A stretch of 64,000 nucleotides of DNA, from the IMG/VR virus record IMGVR_UViG_3300027963_005443; one strand, 5' to 3'. Of the stretch, positions 19,964 through 30,181 are shown in pieces. The stretch is from a virus. Positions within the stretch are counted from its first letter, which is position 1, and every line of letters starts with the position of its first letter. The position numbers were made by a program, and so were the translations under genes. Under the pieces are notes generated by a model. That model did not search any database, was not told the DNA's origin, and was given only the letters and a program-made list of their open reading frames with translations.

Positions 19964-20464
19964 TTATATATTTTTAGAAATCATATATTTGTCAAGGTCG
20001 CTATAGATCTTTCTAAAGTCGCCCTTATAAGGAATCATCTGAATCCCGGTTGCATTGCATATATGGTTTATAACATCCTGATGGTGATCGGTCACCATTA
20101 CAGAATTAACTGGGCCGTATATTATTTTTTTAATTCCGGTTTGAGCTATTTTCTTAAAACAATCTATGCAACAATGACCAGTAACATATAACCTGCACTC
20201 GCTCCTGTCATCTGGGAGGTTGGAGTTTAGAATACAGTTAGCCTCTGAGTGAACCACCCAATCATATTTTAATGGACGCTCAATAGGTACCCTGCTATCA
20301 TCTAGACCTCTAACCCATCCATTATAACCAACACCAAGCACTTTATAATTCTTGTCGCAAATAACACTTCCGTGTTTAGTGGATGGATCGGGGCTCCTAG
20401 TGGAAACTAGGAAGCATATAGCCATCATATAATCGTCCCAAATGGGAATATCTAGGCACATCAT
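19964..20464 (-). CDS. dCMP deaminase
   Basis: RSPDPSTKHG, GYNG, HSEANC, CCIDC zinc motifs. Confidence 0.9.
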   Translation of the reverse strand: MMCLDIPIWDDYMMAICFLVSTRSPDPSTKHGSVICDKNYKVLGVGYNGWVRGLDDSRVPIERPLKYDWVVHSEANCILNSNLPDDRSECRLYVTGHCCIDCFKKIAQTGIKKIIYGPVNSVMVTDHHQDVINHICNATGIQMIPYKGDFRKIYSDLDKYMISKNI

Positions 20465-21039
20465 TATTTTGTTAAAATTCTATTGTTAGTCCAAATTTCA
20501 AGATCTAATTCACTAATCGTTTTACCAATTTTTTCAGCATGTTCAAGAAAGATCTTCTCTATTTTAGAATATTGTGTTCTATTGGGTGTGTGATCGGGAA
20601 CATCATATCCCAAGCCTCTCAAGTATCTAAGGACGTGACGATCAAGACCAGCGTACTTTTGATTTTCTCTTGTGTGAATTAAAAAACATCTGACACTTTT
20701 TGGGCCCAATCCCCAAACAGACTCGAGATCTTCAAGTGAACATTTTCTAAGATCAAAGTTTTTTTCTATTAAGCTTCTTATTGTTTTAGCTTTATTGTTA
20801 AAACATCCAACGCCAAATTTTTTTAGTTCTGACGGTAGGGGGTCTATACTTTTAATTATTTCAAAGGGTGCAATCTTACCGATTTTACTGCCCCAGTGGC
20901 ACAAAAGATGATTCAAACATCTTGCTGCTGTGTGCCCATTTTTTCCAGCAGCAAATATCCAAAATAAAATATTTAGCTCTAACTGGTCATGACTATAGTC
21001 AAAACGGGTTATATTATCAGGATCTAATTTATAATTCAT
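20464..21039 (-). CDS. HhH DNA glycosylase/AP lyase (8-oxoguanine glycosylase-like)
   Basis: HhH LESVWGLGPKS with catalytic Lys, LDRHVLR with catalytic Asp. Confidence 0.78.
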   Translation of the reverse strand: MNYKLDPDNITRFDYSHDQLELNILFWIFAAGKNGHTAARCLNHLLCHWGSKIGKIAPFEIIKSIDPLPSELKKFGVGCFNNKAKTIRSLIEKNFDLRKCSLEDLESVWGLGPKSVRCFLIHTRENQKYAGLDRHVLRYLRGLGYDVPDHTPNRTQYSKIEKIFLEHAEKIGKTISELDLEIWTNNRILTK

Positions 21040-21512
21040 GCTTCGCCAACAATCCTATCAATGTCATCTTCAACAGATTTATAAATATCCTTGTTTAACT
21101 TATCTAATTCTTTTCTTAAACTGTGGCCTCTATTTTGAGCGTTGTCATGATTCTTATCCCATGCACGTAAATGAGCTTTCAAAAACCCTTCAACCTCTCT
21201 CTTTTCTATAACATTCTTTTTTGCCTCAACAACATCATCAGCAGCATTGGCTTTTGCTTTAGCATACTGCTCGGTGCCACCTTCATCTTTTGCTTCTATA
21301 TATTTTTTACTAAAAATAGCTTCAGCATCTATTTCAGCAATCATTCTCTCTTTTTGAGCAAACTCCAGTTGCTTACCAAAGTAATCTATCCATCCATATT
21401 CCTTTTCCATATATTCATTTATACTATTATCAGTAAAATGCATATTTTTTGGATCAAGTTTAACATCTTGTCCGTTGATCTTAACTGTTACTACTTGGAT
21501 TGGTGGATTCAT
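21036..21512 (-). CDS. uvsY: UvsY-like recombination mediator
   Basis: Helical 158-aa protein, EAKDEGGTEQYAKA pattern, T4-like context. Confidence 0.6.
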   Translation of the reverse strand: MNPPIQVVTVKINGQDVKLDPKNMHFTDNSINEYMEKEYGWIDYFGKQLEFAQKERMIAEIDAEAIFSKKYIEAKDEGGTEQYAKAKANAADDVVEAKKNVIEKREVEGFLKAHLRAWDKNHDNAQNRGHSLRKELDKLNKDIYKSVEDDIDRIVGEA

Positions 21513-21523
21513 ATTTTTTCTTT

Positions 21524-23113
21524 CTAGGTTTCTCCATCACCAACAACATCTGTCGTGGGATCAAATGGGATTGTGCTTCTGCCCCTCTTCTTGCCTTTTA
21601 CGTTCTTTTCATTGGAGTCGCCGGTAATAGAGTCATTATTCTGCATTACATCTCCACTCTTCTTTTCTTTAACTAAATTCATTTCTCTTATATATTCTTC
21701 TTTGGTTATTTGCTCTATATCTAAAGTGGCGACATCTAATGCGTCTCTAAAACCGAATTTAACATAAAAAGCATTTCTGCTTTTTCCATTTCTGTGTTTA
21801 ATTACAAATATTCTACCAACTTGGGCTTCCTTTTCAAGCACCTGTTGGTTTATACTCCAAAGACAATCGAGAGGTTTAAATTGATCGAAGCTTGTGCCGA
21901 TACTTGATTCATCGATATATTGAGATTGATCCAGCTTTGCAGCAGTGCTATTGGGCTGTATGCATGTTATAGTACAATGTTTTTGTTCAATTCCGAAAGC
22001 TCTTAAGTCACGCAAAATTCTATACGCACTTTCATATTTTTTAAGATTAGGGTCATCTTTCATTTCACCCACATAGTCCACAACCAACAAATCAGGCTTG
22101 TACCCTCTCATTACGAGTTGTGAATAATATGCTCTAATCCCGTTTACATCTAATGTCCCGCCAGGAAACTGTTTTACAACAAACATATTGGGATCATGTT
22201 TATCTTCTTTGAACATCTCTATCTCTTTAATGATCTCGTCTTTAAAAGATGATAAACTATTGACGTCTTTGCCAAAGAATTGACTTGTAAATCTCTGGGA
22301 GATTCCCAGTTCATCCATTTCCATGGTAATGTATAAAACTTTTTTACCACGCTTTACATTTTCAACACTAGCTTTGATCATAGCCAACGATTTACCAGTA
22401 CCCGGCAAAGCTATCCAGGCCCCAATATTTCCCACCATCAAACCATTTCCGGTGAGAGAATTATCTATCTCTGCAAAGCCACTAGTAAAAGTCTCGGATC
22501 CCTCCATTACCTTTTGCATCCTAAGAAACATTTCTTCGGGATTTAGAAAATACTCCAAACCAGTTTCATAGTTTTTATCTACGATCATTGACTCACGCAT
22601 TTGATCGTAGATATACGCCCAAGTTTCTTCGCTCTCGGGATTACGAGTCATTCTCTCCAAACATTTATGGAAAGTTATTTTTACGGATTGAACCTTGGCA
22701 AAATAAGTAATTTTATCAGTTAAAACATCACGATTCTCTAGCCCAGGGACATAAAAATCAAAAACATTTTCATACTCAGCTTGATATAAAAGCTGGGATT
22801 CTATTGATTTTTCTTTTGTCTTATCCGCTATCTCTTGTTTGAGATAAAATCTATCCGGCAGATTTTTATACTTATCGAAATATTCAAAAAGAATACTTGC
22901 TATAAGAACATGGGAATCTTTAGAAAAATATTCTGGTTTTATTTTGTCCAAACTTTGAATTAAGAAGAAGCGATCCGTTAAAAGTAATCCAAGAATTCTT
23001 GATTGGAAGCCATCGTCCCAGCCATATTTGGACACAGATCCAGAATCCTCTTGAATCAATTGATTCATTCGATTGGATTCTTCTTCGGTCAACTCAATTA
23101 AATCTTCTTGCAT
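21524..23113 (-). CDS. dnaB: Replicative helicase (DnaB/T4 gp41-like)
   Basis: PGTGKS, YITMEM, LVVDY, KHRNG. Confidence 0.9.
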   Translation of the reverse strand: MQEDLIELTEEESNRMNQLIQEDSGSVSKYGWDDGFQSRILGLLLTDRFFLIQSLDKIKPEYFSKDSHVLIASILFEYFDKYKNLPDRFYLKQEIADKTKEKSIESQLLYQAEYENVFDFYVPGLENRDVLTDKITYFAKVQSVKITFHKCLERMTRNPESEETWAYIYDQMRESMIVDKNYETGLEYFLNPEEMFLRMQKVMEGSETFTSGFAEIDNSLTGNGLMVGNIGAWIALPGTGKSLAMIKASVENVKRGKKVLYITMEMDELGISQRFTSQFFGKDVNSLSSFKDEIIKEIEMFKEDKHDPNMFVVKQFPGGTLDVNGIRAYYSQLVMRGYKPDLLVVDYVGEMKDDPNLKKYESAYRILRDLRAFGIEQKHCTITCIQPNSTAAKLDQSQYIDESSIGTSFDQFKPLDCLWSINQQVLEKEAQVGRIFVIKHRNGKSRNAFYVKFGFRDALDVATLDIEQITKEEYIREMNLVKEKKSGDVMQNNDSITGDSNEKNVKGKKRGRSTIPFDPTTDVVGDGET

Positions 23114-23135
23114 TTATTTTTATATCTAAAATAGA

Positions 23136-23696
23136 TTAGTAGGAACCTAAGTAATCATACTCACTTAAGCTGCAAAGTCCAGTTCGAATACTCTTCTCTT
23201 TAGTTATTTTCTTACCCATGGATTTTTGACCATTCCAAACAATTGCTTTGCAATAAGTGGAAAATTTATTATCTATTTTAAGAGACTCGTCTTTTTTGGG
23301 AGCCTGTTCTTCGGGAACAATATTTTTAACTATTTTTTCAAGAAGATATTCTTGATATTCACCGAATTTTTGACGGCTAGCGCCGTGCCTCGTCCTATTG
23401 CTCCATAGTCCTTCTAAATTCTTAACAGTCACACCCAGAATGTAATCTCCTGATGAATATTTTCGAGCAGTCTTCAGACAATTTTCTATATACGTCTGTC
23501 TTTTAAAGTAGCTACCTGCTCTTATAATTGATAATTGAAGTTCTTGATTAATATCATCTATATCATCTGTGTAATTATTTCTTGTATTCTTTTTTTTCAA
23601 TTGATGTGCAGCATAGTAACACAATTTTCCAAATTTTTTGCACAACTGATTGTATTCTTCATTATTGATTGGGAAATTATTGCATATATCTTTCAC
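23136..23696 (-). CDS. Sigma-factor-like protein (region 2 with insertion)
   Basis: DIDDINQELQLSI and KFSTYCKAIVWN resemble sigma regions 2.1-2.3. Confidence 0.6.
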   Translation of the reverse strand: MKDICNNFPINNEEYNQLCKKFGKLCYYAAHQLKKKNTRNNYTDDIDDINQELQLSIIRAGSYFKRQTYIENCLKTARKYSSGDYILGVTVKNLEGLWSNRTRHGASRQKFGEYQEYLLEKIVKNIVPEEQAPKKDESLKIDNKFSTYCKAIVWNGQKSMGKKITKEKSIRTGLCSLSEYDYLGSY

Positions 23697-25003
23697 GTTA
23701 AAACTCCAGTATATTTTTTTAGATTGTTAAGATTATCTCCATATTCACAACTCACATTTATGACTATGTTTTCAAAAAATCTTCCATCTTCTAAAAGTAT
23801 ATTTTTAATTATTTCCGCCGTAGAGTCAAGTTCTTTTTTATTACAAGAGAACAAATAACTATCATGAACATAAAACAATATATTAGGATCTTTAAAATAA
23901 TTAGAAAGATCTATTAATTTATCTAGACAGAATATACTTGCAGTAGATTGAACAATAAAGTTTCTAGATTTATATTTTTCATTTATAATTCTTTTTTTAC
24001 CGAATATATTAGTATAAATATTGCTTCCAGAGTTTTCAGAGTAATTATCTAACCAATCAAATGTGTGAGAAAATATCTTCCTTATATTTTTTATAAACCC
24101 TTCAATAGAAGATAATGAAATCTCACAATTTGTCGCCAATGCTTGTGGGCTAGCCCCATAAACATAAGGAAGGAAAATCTTTTTGATTTTGTTTCTCTTA
24201 TCAGGAGTGCATGTTTTACCAAATAGCCTTTCATATAAAGATTCATAAAAATCATTACCGCTTTCTAAGACATCTCTCAAACCAGAATCTTTTGTAAGAA
24301 ATTCCAAAACAGAAACTTCCATGTTTTTATAATCAAAATTTAAAAATAAATAATCTTCATCCATCGTCTTAAAATTTTCTTTATCATCTTTTTTCAAATT
24401 TAATGGTAAAAAACAATTATTAAATTGACAACTACTTGATAATCTACCATTATCTTGGCCCTCTACATCGTAATAGCAATATTCTATTTTTCTTTCTTTT
24501 TTATTAACAATGCCCTTAGTCTCAATTTTAGGTATCACCTTCTTGATCAAAGGAAGGTGTATCTTCTCATATAATTCATATATTCTTTCATAATCAATCT
24601 CCTTTATAGTTTTAAATGCATTTACAGCCTCCACGAAGGTGTTAGGGACAGTTTTGGTATTTAGACCACATATTCCACCCAATACCTTTAAATCTAATAT
24701 CTTGCAGTCAGAATTGAAATTCCTACCAGTATTGTTTCTATAGTAGGAACAATAGTTCTTAAAATTCCAACATAATATTTTTTTATCTTTTAAAAATAAA
24801 ATTTGTTTAAGTAAACTGTGTATCTCTTTAAAATTATCCCTTGTTACCAAAGTTGATACTTTAAGACCTTGGGAAAATATCTCTATTGTGAAATTAAAGT
24901 TTTTATCAGTAAAATCAAGAATTTGAGGAGAAAATCTCAGATAAAAGACATTTTGATTCTTTATCTTGGATAGTCCAGTAAGAAATTCAAATTCTACCAT
25001 CAA
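23693..25003 (-). CDS. polA: Short family A DNA polymerase
   Basis: Motif A DYKNMEV, motif B RNKIKKIFLPYVYG, RNFIVQSTA, motif C VHDSY. Confidence 0.85.
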   Translation of the reverse strand: MMVEFEFLTGLSKIKNQNVFYLRFSPQILDFTDKNFNFTIEIFSQGLKVSTLVTRDNFKEIHSLLKQILFLKDKKILCWNFKNYCSYYRNNTGRNFNSDCKILDLKVLGGICGLNTKTVPNTFVEAVNAFKTIKEIDYERIYELYEKIHLPLIKKVIPKIETKGIVNKKERKIEYCYYDVEGQDNGRLSSSCQFNNCFLPLNLKKDDKENFKTMDEDYLFLNFDYKNMEVSVLEFLTKDSGLRDVLESGNDFYESLYERLFGKTCTPDKRNKIKKIFLPYVYGASPQALATNCEISLSSIEGFIKNIRKIFSHTFDWLDNYSENSGSNIYTNIFGKKRIINEKYKSRNFIVQSTASIFCLDKLIDLSNYFKDPNILFYVHDSYLFSCNKKELDSTAEIIKNILLEDGRFFENIVINVSCEYGDNLNNLKKYTGVLT

Positions 25004-25041
25004 GGAAACTTACCAGAAAGAATTAGTTTAAACAATAGTGG

Positions 25042-26307
25042 CTAAACATAACAAAAATTATCATATAGTTTCATAGTCATACTATACAATTTCCTTTTAT
25101 CTATCAAGAATCTTAGGATAGGTACCAAATAAGAGTGCTTTCTTCTACTGGCGGTGATATCTTTTTCTTTAGTGAATGTCTCACTATCCATCAAGGATGC
25201 TCTCTCTGTCTTTGGAGAGCTGGTTTTCTCCGGAGACGATATAGTGGAGAGGAAAGAAGGAGTTAATTTCCATTTGCATGCTATTCCTTTAATTCTCTTC
25301 TCTTTATTTCCAAATGTATACTTGTTATCAATCCAGTCTATTAATCCTAATTCAGATAGTTTATCTCTTATTGCTTTCCATCTATGATGATTCCATCCTC
25401 GATTAACATCACCTTTTGAATATAAACTATCCCATAAACCTTTTATTCTTTCAGTTGGTACTGAGCCATCTGTATTTGGATTTTTATTTACAAACAAAAG
25501 TATCATTGTTCCTATCGACCAATCGTGGGCTGTCACCCTGAAGCCCCTCCCTTTTAAGTCTTTTATCTTTGAATTAAAGAATTCTTCATAATTCTTGAGT
25601 TCTAATAAATCTTTTTCATTAAATAATTTGTTACTTACGCTTCCCTTTATTTCCTTGTATTTTCTCTGTATGTAAAATTCTTTTTCTATCTCTTTGATAT
25701 TAAATACTTTGCACTCCCGTGCAGTTTCTATATCCCTTGGTAATTTAGCCAATGTTCCATATTTTATATTTTTAATTTCATCTTCGTGGTAGATTAATTC
25801 TGGGCAATTGCCTTTTACTTCTACTTGTTCGATATCTGCCTCTATTTTTAGGGCTTCCGTTCTCAACCAATTTTCGAATCCCTTTAATACTTTATTGACA
25901 TGTTTCGCATCATGTCCTTCTTTTTCTAATAAAAAATAGGCATGAATTCCTTTTTTATTTGTGCTGGGTTCGTAATAAAGGCTTTTAAATTTATCTTTTA
26001 GGTGCTCTACGAAATTAATGGCACCTTCTGTTGATCCTTTTTTTTGTGTTTTTTGTATGTCTATGTCTATCATTACAAGAGTATTCTTGTCTTTTCTGCG
26101 GCCATTTCCGTAATAATATATTGTTGTTTTACCGCTTACATGATCTTTTATTTTATTTTCGGATAATTTTCGGGGAGCAAGTCTCCCGCTTCGCAGGAGA
26201 TTCTTTTTTGATATATTGGGACGTATTCCCTTTGCTGTTTTCTCCCCATAAGCTAGTCTGCTTATGGCTTTTCTGACCCATTTAGCGTCGAATGTTTCTG
26301 AGATCAT
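25042..26307 (-). CDS. AEP-superfamily primase/prim-pol-like protein with C-terminal wHTH-like region
   Basis: Motif I VMIDID, motif II PSTNKKGIHAYF, motif III-like VEVKG. Confidence 0.65.
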   Translation of the reverse strand: MISETFDAKWVRKAISRLAYGEKTAKGIRPNISKKNLLRSGRLAPRKLSENKIKDHVSGKTTIYYYGNGRRKDKNTLVMIDIDIQKTQKKGSTEGAINFVEHLKDKFKSLYYEPSTNKKGIHAYFLLEKEGHDAKHVNKVLKGFENWLRTEALKIEADIEQVEVKGNCPELIYHEDEIKNIKYGTLAKLPRDIETARECKVFNIKEIEKEFYIQRKYKEIKGSVSNKLFNEKDLLELKNYEEFFNSKIKDLKGRGFRVTAHDWSIGTMILLFVNKNPNTDGSVPTERIKGLWDSLYSKGDVNRGWNHHRWKAIRDKLSELGLIDWIDNKYTFGNKEKRIKGIACKWKLTPSFLSTISSPEKTSSPKTERASLMDSETFTKEKDITASRRKHSYLVPILRFLIDKRKLYSMTMKLYDNFCYV

Positions 26308-26316
26308 ATTTTTCTT

Positions 26317-26357
26317 AATATAGTGAGTACTAAAAATATTTCAATACTCACTATATT
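26317..26357. repeat. 13-bp perfect inverted repeat (AATATAGTGAGTA / TACTCACTATATT), 15-nt spacer; each arm has an outward-facing ACTATATT
   Basis: Arms at 26317-26329 and 26345-26357 between divergent genes. Confidence 0.85.
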
Positions 26358-26373
26358 TGGTAGAATAAACACT

Positions 26374-27042
26374 ATGAGTTATTTTAAAGATATAATTGAA
26401 AAGTATAAAATTGTAGATGACGATGAAAAGCTTGCAATTAAATTTTTATCTTATTGGATTGAAAACAGAAAAAAAATTTTCCCTAATACCATACACTCGA
26501 AGTTTAATAAGGAAAAAGATCCGAGAAAGAGCTTGGCTTTTAAATATTGCTATAAACTTCAAAGAGAAACCCGTGGACTACTAAAAGAAGAAGATTATGA
26601 ACTTTATGTTAAAGCTCAATTACATATGCTTAAGTACTTTGCAACAAAGTACAACAATCAAGCACTTGTGATTGAACCTCAATGTCTTGTAGGTGAAAAA
26701 GCATGGAAAAGATGGAAATTTTATAAGTTTAAATATGATTCTTTGAAAAACACACCGATAGATAAACCAAATATTGCCAATAGAATAAATCTGGGAGTTC
26801 TTAGAGAGAACTTGTTGAGGACTAAAAAGTTTTTAAGTTCCAAACTAGAACTGAATAGAAATTCTATAAAGAAAAATCTTGATAATATTGTGATCTGGAA
26901 TAGGCTTGGAAATGTAGATATCTACTTCTTATTACTTTGTAATAGTTTCGATAAAGAACTTGTGAACAAAAAAAAGTCTTCAACCATCATTATAGATGAT
27001 GAAATGAAGAGAGTATATTCTTCTATTTTTGGGAATCTCTAG
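26374..27042 (+). CDS. Hypothetical protein
   Basis: ATG start MSYFKD downstream of the promoter-like motif. Confidence 0.75.
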   Translation: MSYFKDIIEKYKIVDDDEKLAIKFLSYWIENRKKIFPNTIHSKFNKEKDPRKSLAFKYCYKLQRETRGLLKEEDYELYVKAQLHMLKYFATKYNNQALVIEPQCLVGEKAWKRWKFYKFKYDSLKNTPIDKPNIANRINLGVLRENLLRTKKFLSSKLELNRNSIKKNLDNIVIWNRLGNVDIYFLLLCNSFDKELVNKKKSSTIIIDDEMKRVYSSIFGNL

Positions 27043-27472
27043 AATTTAACCAATCCAGAAACAGTCGCCTGGTTTGGTATCCGTATCCTTCTTTTATTAT
27101 ATTTTCATCTTTGTCTATTAAAATATAAGTTGGTAATTTTCTTATATTGTACTTTTTAATAATATCCATATTAGATTTATAATCTAATGAACATACTACA
27201 TACTCTTTCATCTTATTCTTAACTTCTTCTTCCGATAATACCTCATCCTTGAATTTAGCGCAATATCCACACCATTTTGCGTCTACTAATAATAGTATAT
27301 CTTTATTTGTATTTTTTGAAGCTTCTAATGCTTCTTGATATGTAAGTATTATTTTTTGTTCTATTATTGGCTGGTCTATAATCTCTGGAGTTAGTCTCTT
27401 GGTTTCTTTGTTTAGAACCAAAATCATTAGTAAACAAAGTATAGGTAAAATACTATTTTTTAATATTCTCAT
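27023..27472 (-). CDS. Membrane-anchored thioredoxin-family protein
   Basis: WCGYC, IRKLP cis-Pro motif, N-terminal hydrophobic segment. Confidence 0.85.
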   Translation of the reverse strand: MRILKNSILPILCLLMILVLNKETKRLTPEIIDQPIIEQKIILTYQEALEASKNTNKDILLLVDAKWCGYCAKFKDEVLSEEEVKNKMKEYVVCSLDYKSNMDIIKKYNIRKLPTYILIDKDENIIKEGYGYQTRRLFLDWLNSRDSQK

Positions 27473-28275
27473 TAGTATGTCATGAAAGTTGTTGCTATCA
27501 TTCCTACTATCTTGTTATTTTTTTCATGAGGAGAAAAGTATTCATCCCATTCGCTGGGTTGAATTATGTATTCCCGCTTCTTCACAGGACTGTCTATATC
27601 GTAACCCCAACATCTAACTAGGCCTTTATCTTTGTCAAATGATAGGTCTATGTTAAATTGCATGGCTATCGAACTGTTTGGAACTCCTTGTCCGGAACCT
27701 TTAAACTCAAAGATTATCTTATAATAATCTTTGTTCATTTCCTTCATACCCACAGGAAACATAATATACTCTGGGTATTTAAGTCTTACCACATTGAAAA
27801 GATCATGGGCCAATCTCTTTAGATCGTATTCTTTACTGGGGTATTCGTTGTTTATTTCGCTGAATTTCTTTATCTTCTCATACAGGAATCTTGCCGTTCC
27901 TCTTTCTCTGTTTATTTTATAATCATCTATATCCAAAACATTCTTACATATTTTAACGTCATTTCCATTTAAATCTTTAATGTATTTTCTGGTTGTTATT
28001 CTTAGACTTCCGAATGGATTTATATTAACTTCTATTACATTACCATTCTCTGTCCAGGCTATTTCCTCCTCCCAGATCTTGAGGGCTTTTTTCCCATCTG
28101 ATTGTATTAGGTATTTTAATTCGTCAAAAAAACTCTCTATTTTGAATAGCTTCCATGGCTCGGCATTATCGTTGTCGGGCTGAGTGTTTTTTTCTTCTTT
28201 ATTTTTTTCTGGTTTTTTTACCTCGAAACCATAGTCGGCATACTCTAAAAACCATTTTGAAAATTTCATATCCAT
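27472..28275 (-). CDS. Hypothetical protein with CTS-like N-terminus
   Basis: Start moved to MDMKFSKWFLE; the longer track start overlaps the divergent gene. Confidence 0.75.
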   Translation of the reverse strand: MDMKFSKWFLEYADYGFEVKKPEKNKEEKNTQPDNDNAEPWKLFKIESFFDELKYLIQSDGKKALKIWEEEIAWTENGNVIEVNINPFGSLRITTRKYIKDLNGNDVKICKNVLDIDDYKINRERGTARFLYEKIKKFSEINNEYPSKEYDLKRLAHDLFNVVRLKYPEYIMFPVGMKEMNKDYYKIIFEFKGSGQGVPNSSIAMQFNIDLSFDKDKGLVRCWGYDIDSPVKKREYIIQPSEWDEYFSPHEKNNKIVGMIATTFMTY

Positions 28276-28291
28276 ACAGTATATAATCTTA
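28276..28291. promoter_or_regulatory. Putative bidirectional TATATA promoter (16-nt divergent gap)
   Basis: ACAGTATATAATCTTA. Confidence 0.55.
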
Positions 28292-29041
28292 ATGAGCCGA
28301 AAAAAAGCAGTTATAAAACATAAACCTCTATTAATAGACAATCTTTTAAAGTCAAATGACATAGAAATAAGATTGTTCTCTGGGATCACATGTCAAGATT
28401 GTATTCCAAATAATTCAAATTATTTCATAGAATGTGACTTTGCAGGATATCAAAGAAATTTACTTGATCCAAATTATTGGACGCATGATGTGTCTGTGAT
28501 GGAAAAGTATTTAGCTACATCTTATTATTCGCCTATACTTTATGATAATTTCAGTGAATCAACGGTATCAATTAAAGGTTATTACGCAGTAAAGCAAAGC
28601 ACTGAAGAGTTATTGTTTTACTCAGAGTTTTTGGATATTATGAGTTTGGATTCATATGAGAGTTTTTCTCTGGAATTATTCTTCTCTATAGACAAGTATT
28701 TTTATAAAAATCCAAAGTTATTAAATCTAACAATTTATATAAACAATCCTGAATCATCTTATATAAATAATGCTTTATTAGAGATCAAAAACACAGCATA
28801 CAATGGAGTTAGTTGTGATGAATGTATAAAAGATATTTTAGGGTTCAACAGCAATTTCTATAATAATGCTTATTTCTTATCAATTAACCAAAATATTATG
28901 AATTCAGGCGGACCTGTTCCCTCTAATTTAACTTTTACTGTATTGATAATAGCCCCAGGATATAACGACTACACACAGAGTGTTACATTGACACTAAACC
29001 AAGATAGTTACACAATAAATGCGAACATGGTGCAACAGTGA
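28292..29041 (+). CDS. Hypothetical protein with two CxxC motifs
   Basis: CQDC and CDEC. Confidence 0.7.
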   Translation: MSRKKAVIKHKPLLIDNLLKSNDIEIRLFSGITCQDCIPNNSNYFIECDFAGYQRNLLDPNYWTHDVSVMEKYLATSYYSPILYDNFSESTVSIKGYYAVKQSTEELLFYSEFLDIMSLDSYESFSLELFFSIDKYFYKNPKLLNLTIYINNPESSYINNALLEIKNTAYNGVSCDECIKDILGFNSNFYNNAYFLSINQNIMNSGGPVPSNLTFTVLIIAPGYNDYTQSVTLTLNQDSYTINANMVQQ

Positions 29042-29295
29042 ACTTTAAGAGTTGGCTGGAGAGCAAAAGCTTTGATAATAACAAAGATTTTATAATTAGT
29101 TTTCTAGATTTGGATAAAAACGATGCACTCTCTCAGTCTTTGGATTTTTTTGATAGAAAAGATTTGTTCAAAAGAATAAAAGATACTAATTATTATAATA
29201 ATTTGGATGATTCGTCTAAGGATAGACTGAAAAATGTTTTATTGAAGACTGGCAGAACCGTAGGAGATTTAGTTAGATCTGTTTCTGAGATTTAG
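29038..29295 (+). CDS. Small protein with CTS-like N-terminus
   Basis: GTG start overlapping upstream TGA; MNFKSWLES. Confidence 0.75.
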   Translation: MNFKSWLESKSFDNNKDFIISFLDLDKNDALSQSLDFFDRKDLFKRIKDTNYYNNLDDSSKDRLKNVLLKTGRTVGDLVRSVSEI

Positions 29296-29522
29296 CTTAA
29301 TTCTTTTTTTAATATATCTTTACACTTATCCATCATTTCTTCTAATTCCTTAGGCTTACAGCCTAGTAATCTGCAAGCTCCGCTTTTATTTAATCTTCCT
29401 TTTTTAGTATAAACTTTATTTTCATTTAATAACAATGCGTCTATAAGTTTACCGTATCCCTTGTCTATCAGTTTTTGTATCATTTCTTGTTTTTCCAATA
29501 TATCTACAAAGTTTTTATTCAT
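29292..29522 (-). CDS. Small HTH-like protein
   Basis: NKSGACRLLGCKPKEL resembles a helix-turn-helix. Confidence 0.55.
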   Translation of the reverse strand: MNKNFVDILEKQEMIQKLIDKGYGKLIDALLLNENKVYTKKGRLNKSGACRLLGCKPKELEEMMDKCKDILKKELS

Positions 29523-29581
29523 AGTTTGTTTCTCCTTTGTGAATATTATATTAAAAAAAAGTTATAGAATCAATGTATTTA

Positions 29582-30097
29582 TTATTCTATATATGCTCTA
29601 TCGTATCTGAGTGTTAGATCTATAGTCATAACATCAGAACTAGACATGTCTAATTCACCAAACTCTATGTTTTGCGGCCATGCATTCTCGAACGTCCATG
29701 TTTCTATTACATTCCCGCACCCGTCATACATCTCCAAAGTACAATTTCGCTTAAAGCCAGAACTTACACTTGGTTTCCAGTCCCCCGACTTTGTGTCATA
29801 TATAGACTTTATCCACTCGATTACAGGATTGGTGGAATCTTTTTTTTGTTTTATATCATATAAACTCAACGGAAAAGGTTTCCATTCTGGCTTACTGGGG
29901 TAAAATATAGTTTCATTTAAATGTTGGACTTCCATTTCTTTGAAACTAAGACTTGGACGTGAGGACCTTAAAGGAGGTAACGCATTGACACCTTCTCCAC
30001 TAATACCGTCCAGTTTTAACATCCATCTAAATTTTCTTTTGAAACAGGTATTGCCCCCAGACAAACCTAAATCAAATCCCATTGTATTTGCTGCCAT
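29582..30097 (-). CDS. gp19: Tail tube protein (gp19-like), paralog 2
   Basis: KRKFRW, RPSLSF, TWTFENAWPQNIEFGELD, LTLRYD. Confidence 0.9.
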   Translation of the reverse strand: MAANTMGFDLGLSGGNTCFKRKFRWMLKLDGISGEGVNALPPLRSSRPSLSFKEMEVQHLNETIFYPSKPEWKPFPLSLYDIKQKKDSTNPVIEWIKSIYDTKSGDWKPSVSSGFKRNCTLEMYDGCGNVIETWTFENAWPQNIEFGELDMSSSDVMTIDLTLRYDRAYIE

Positions 30098-30102
30098 ATA
30101 AT

Positions 30103-30110
30103 TATATAGT
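30103..30110 (-). promoter_or_regulatory. Putative late promoter ACTATATA upstream of tube paralog 2
   Basis: 5 nt from ATG, just after a terminator. Confidence 0.6.
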
Positions 30111-30116
30111 ATGCAT

Positions 30117-30150
30117 AAAAAAAATCCCCCCGAAAAATCGAGGGGATTTC
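30117..30150 (-). terminator. Rho-independent terminator between the two tube genes
   Basis: AAATCCCCTCGA-loop-TCGGGGGATTT with T-tract on the minus strand. Confidence 0.8.
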
Positions 30151-30181
30151 TTATTTTTAATATCTAAATCACAAGAACTTA

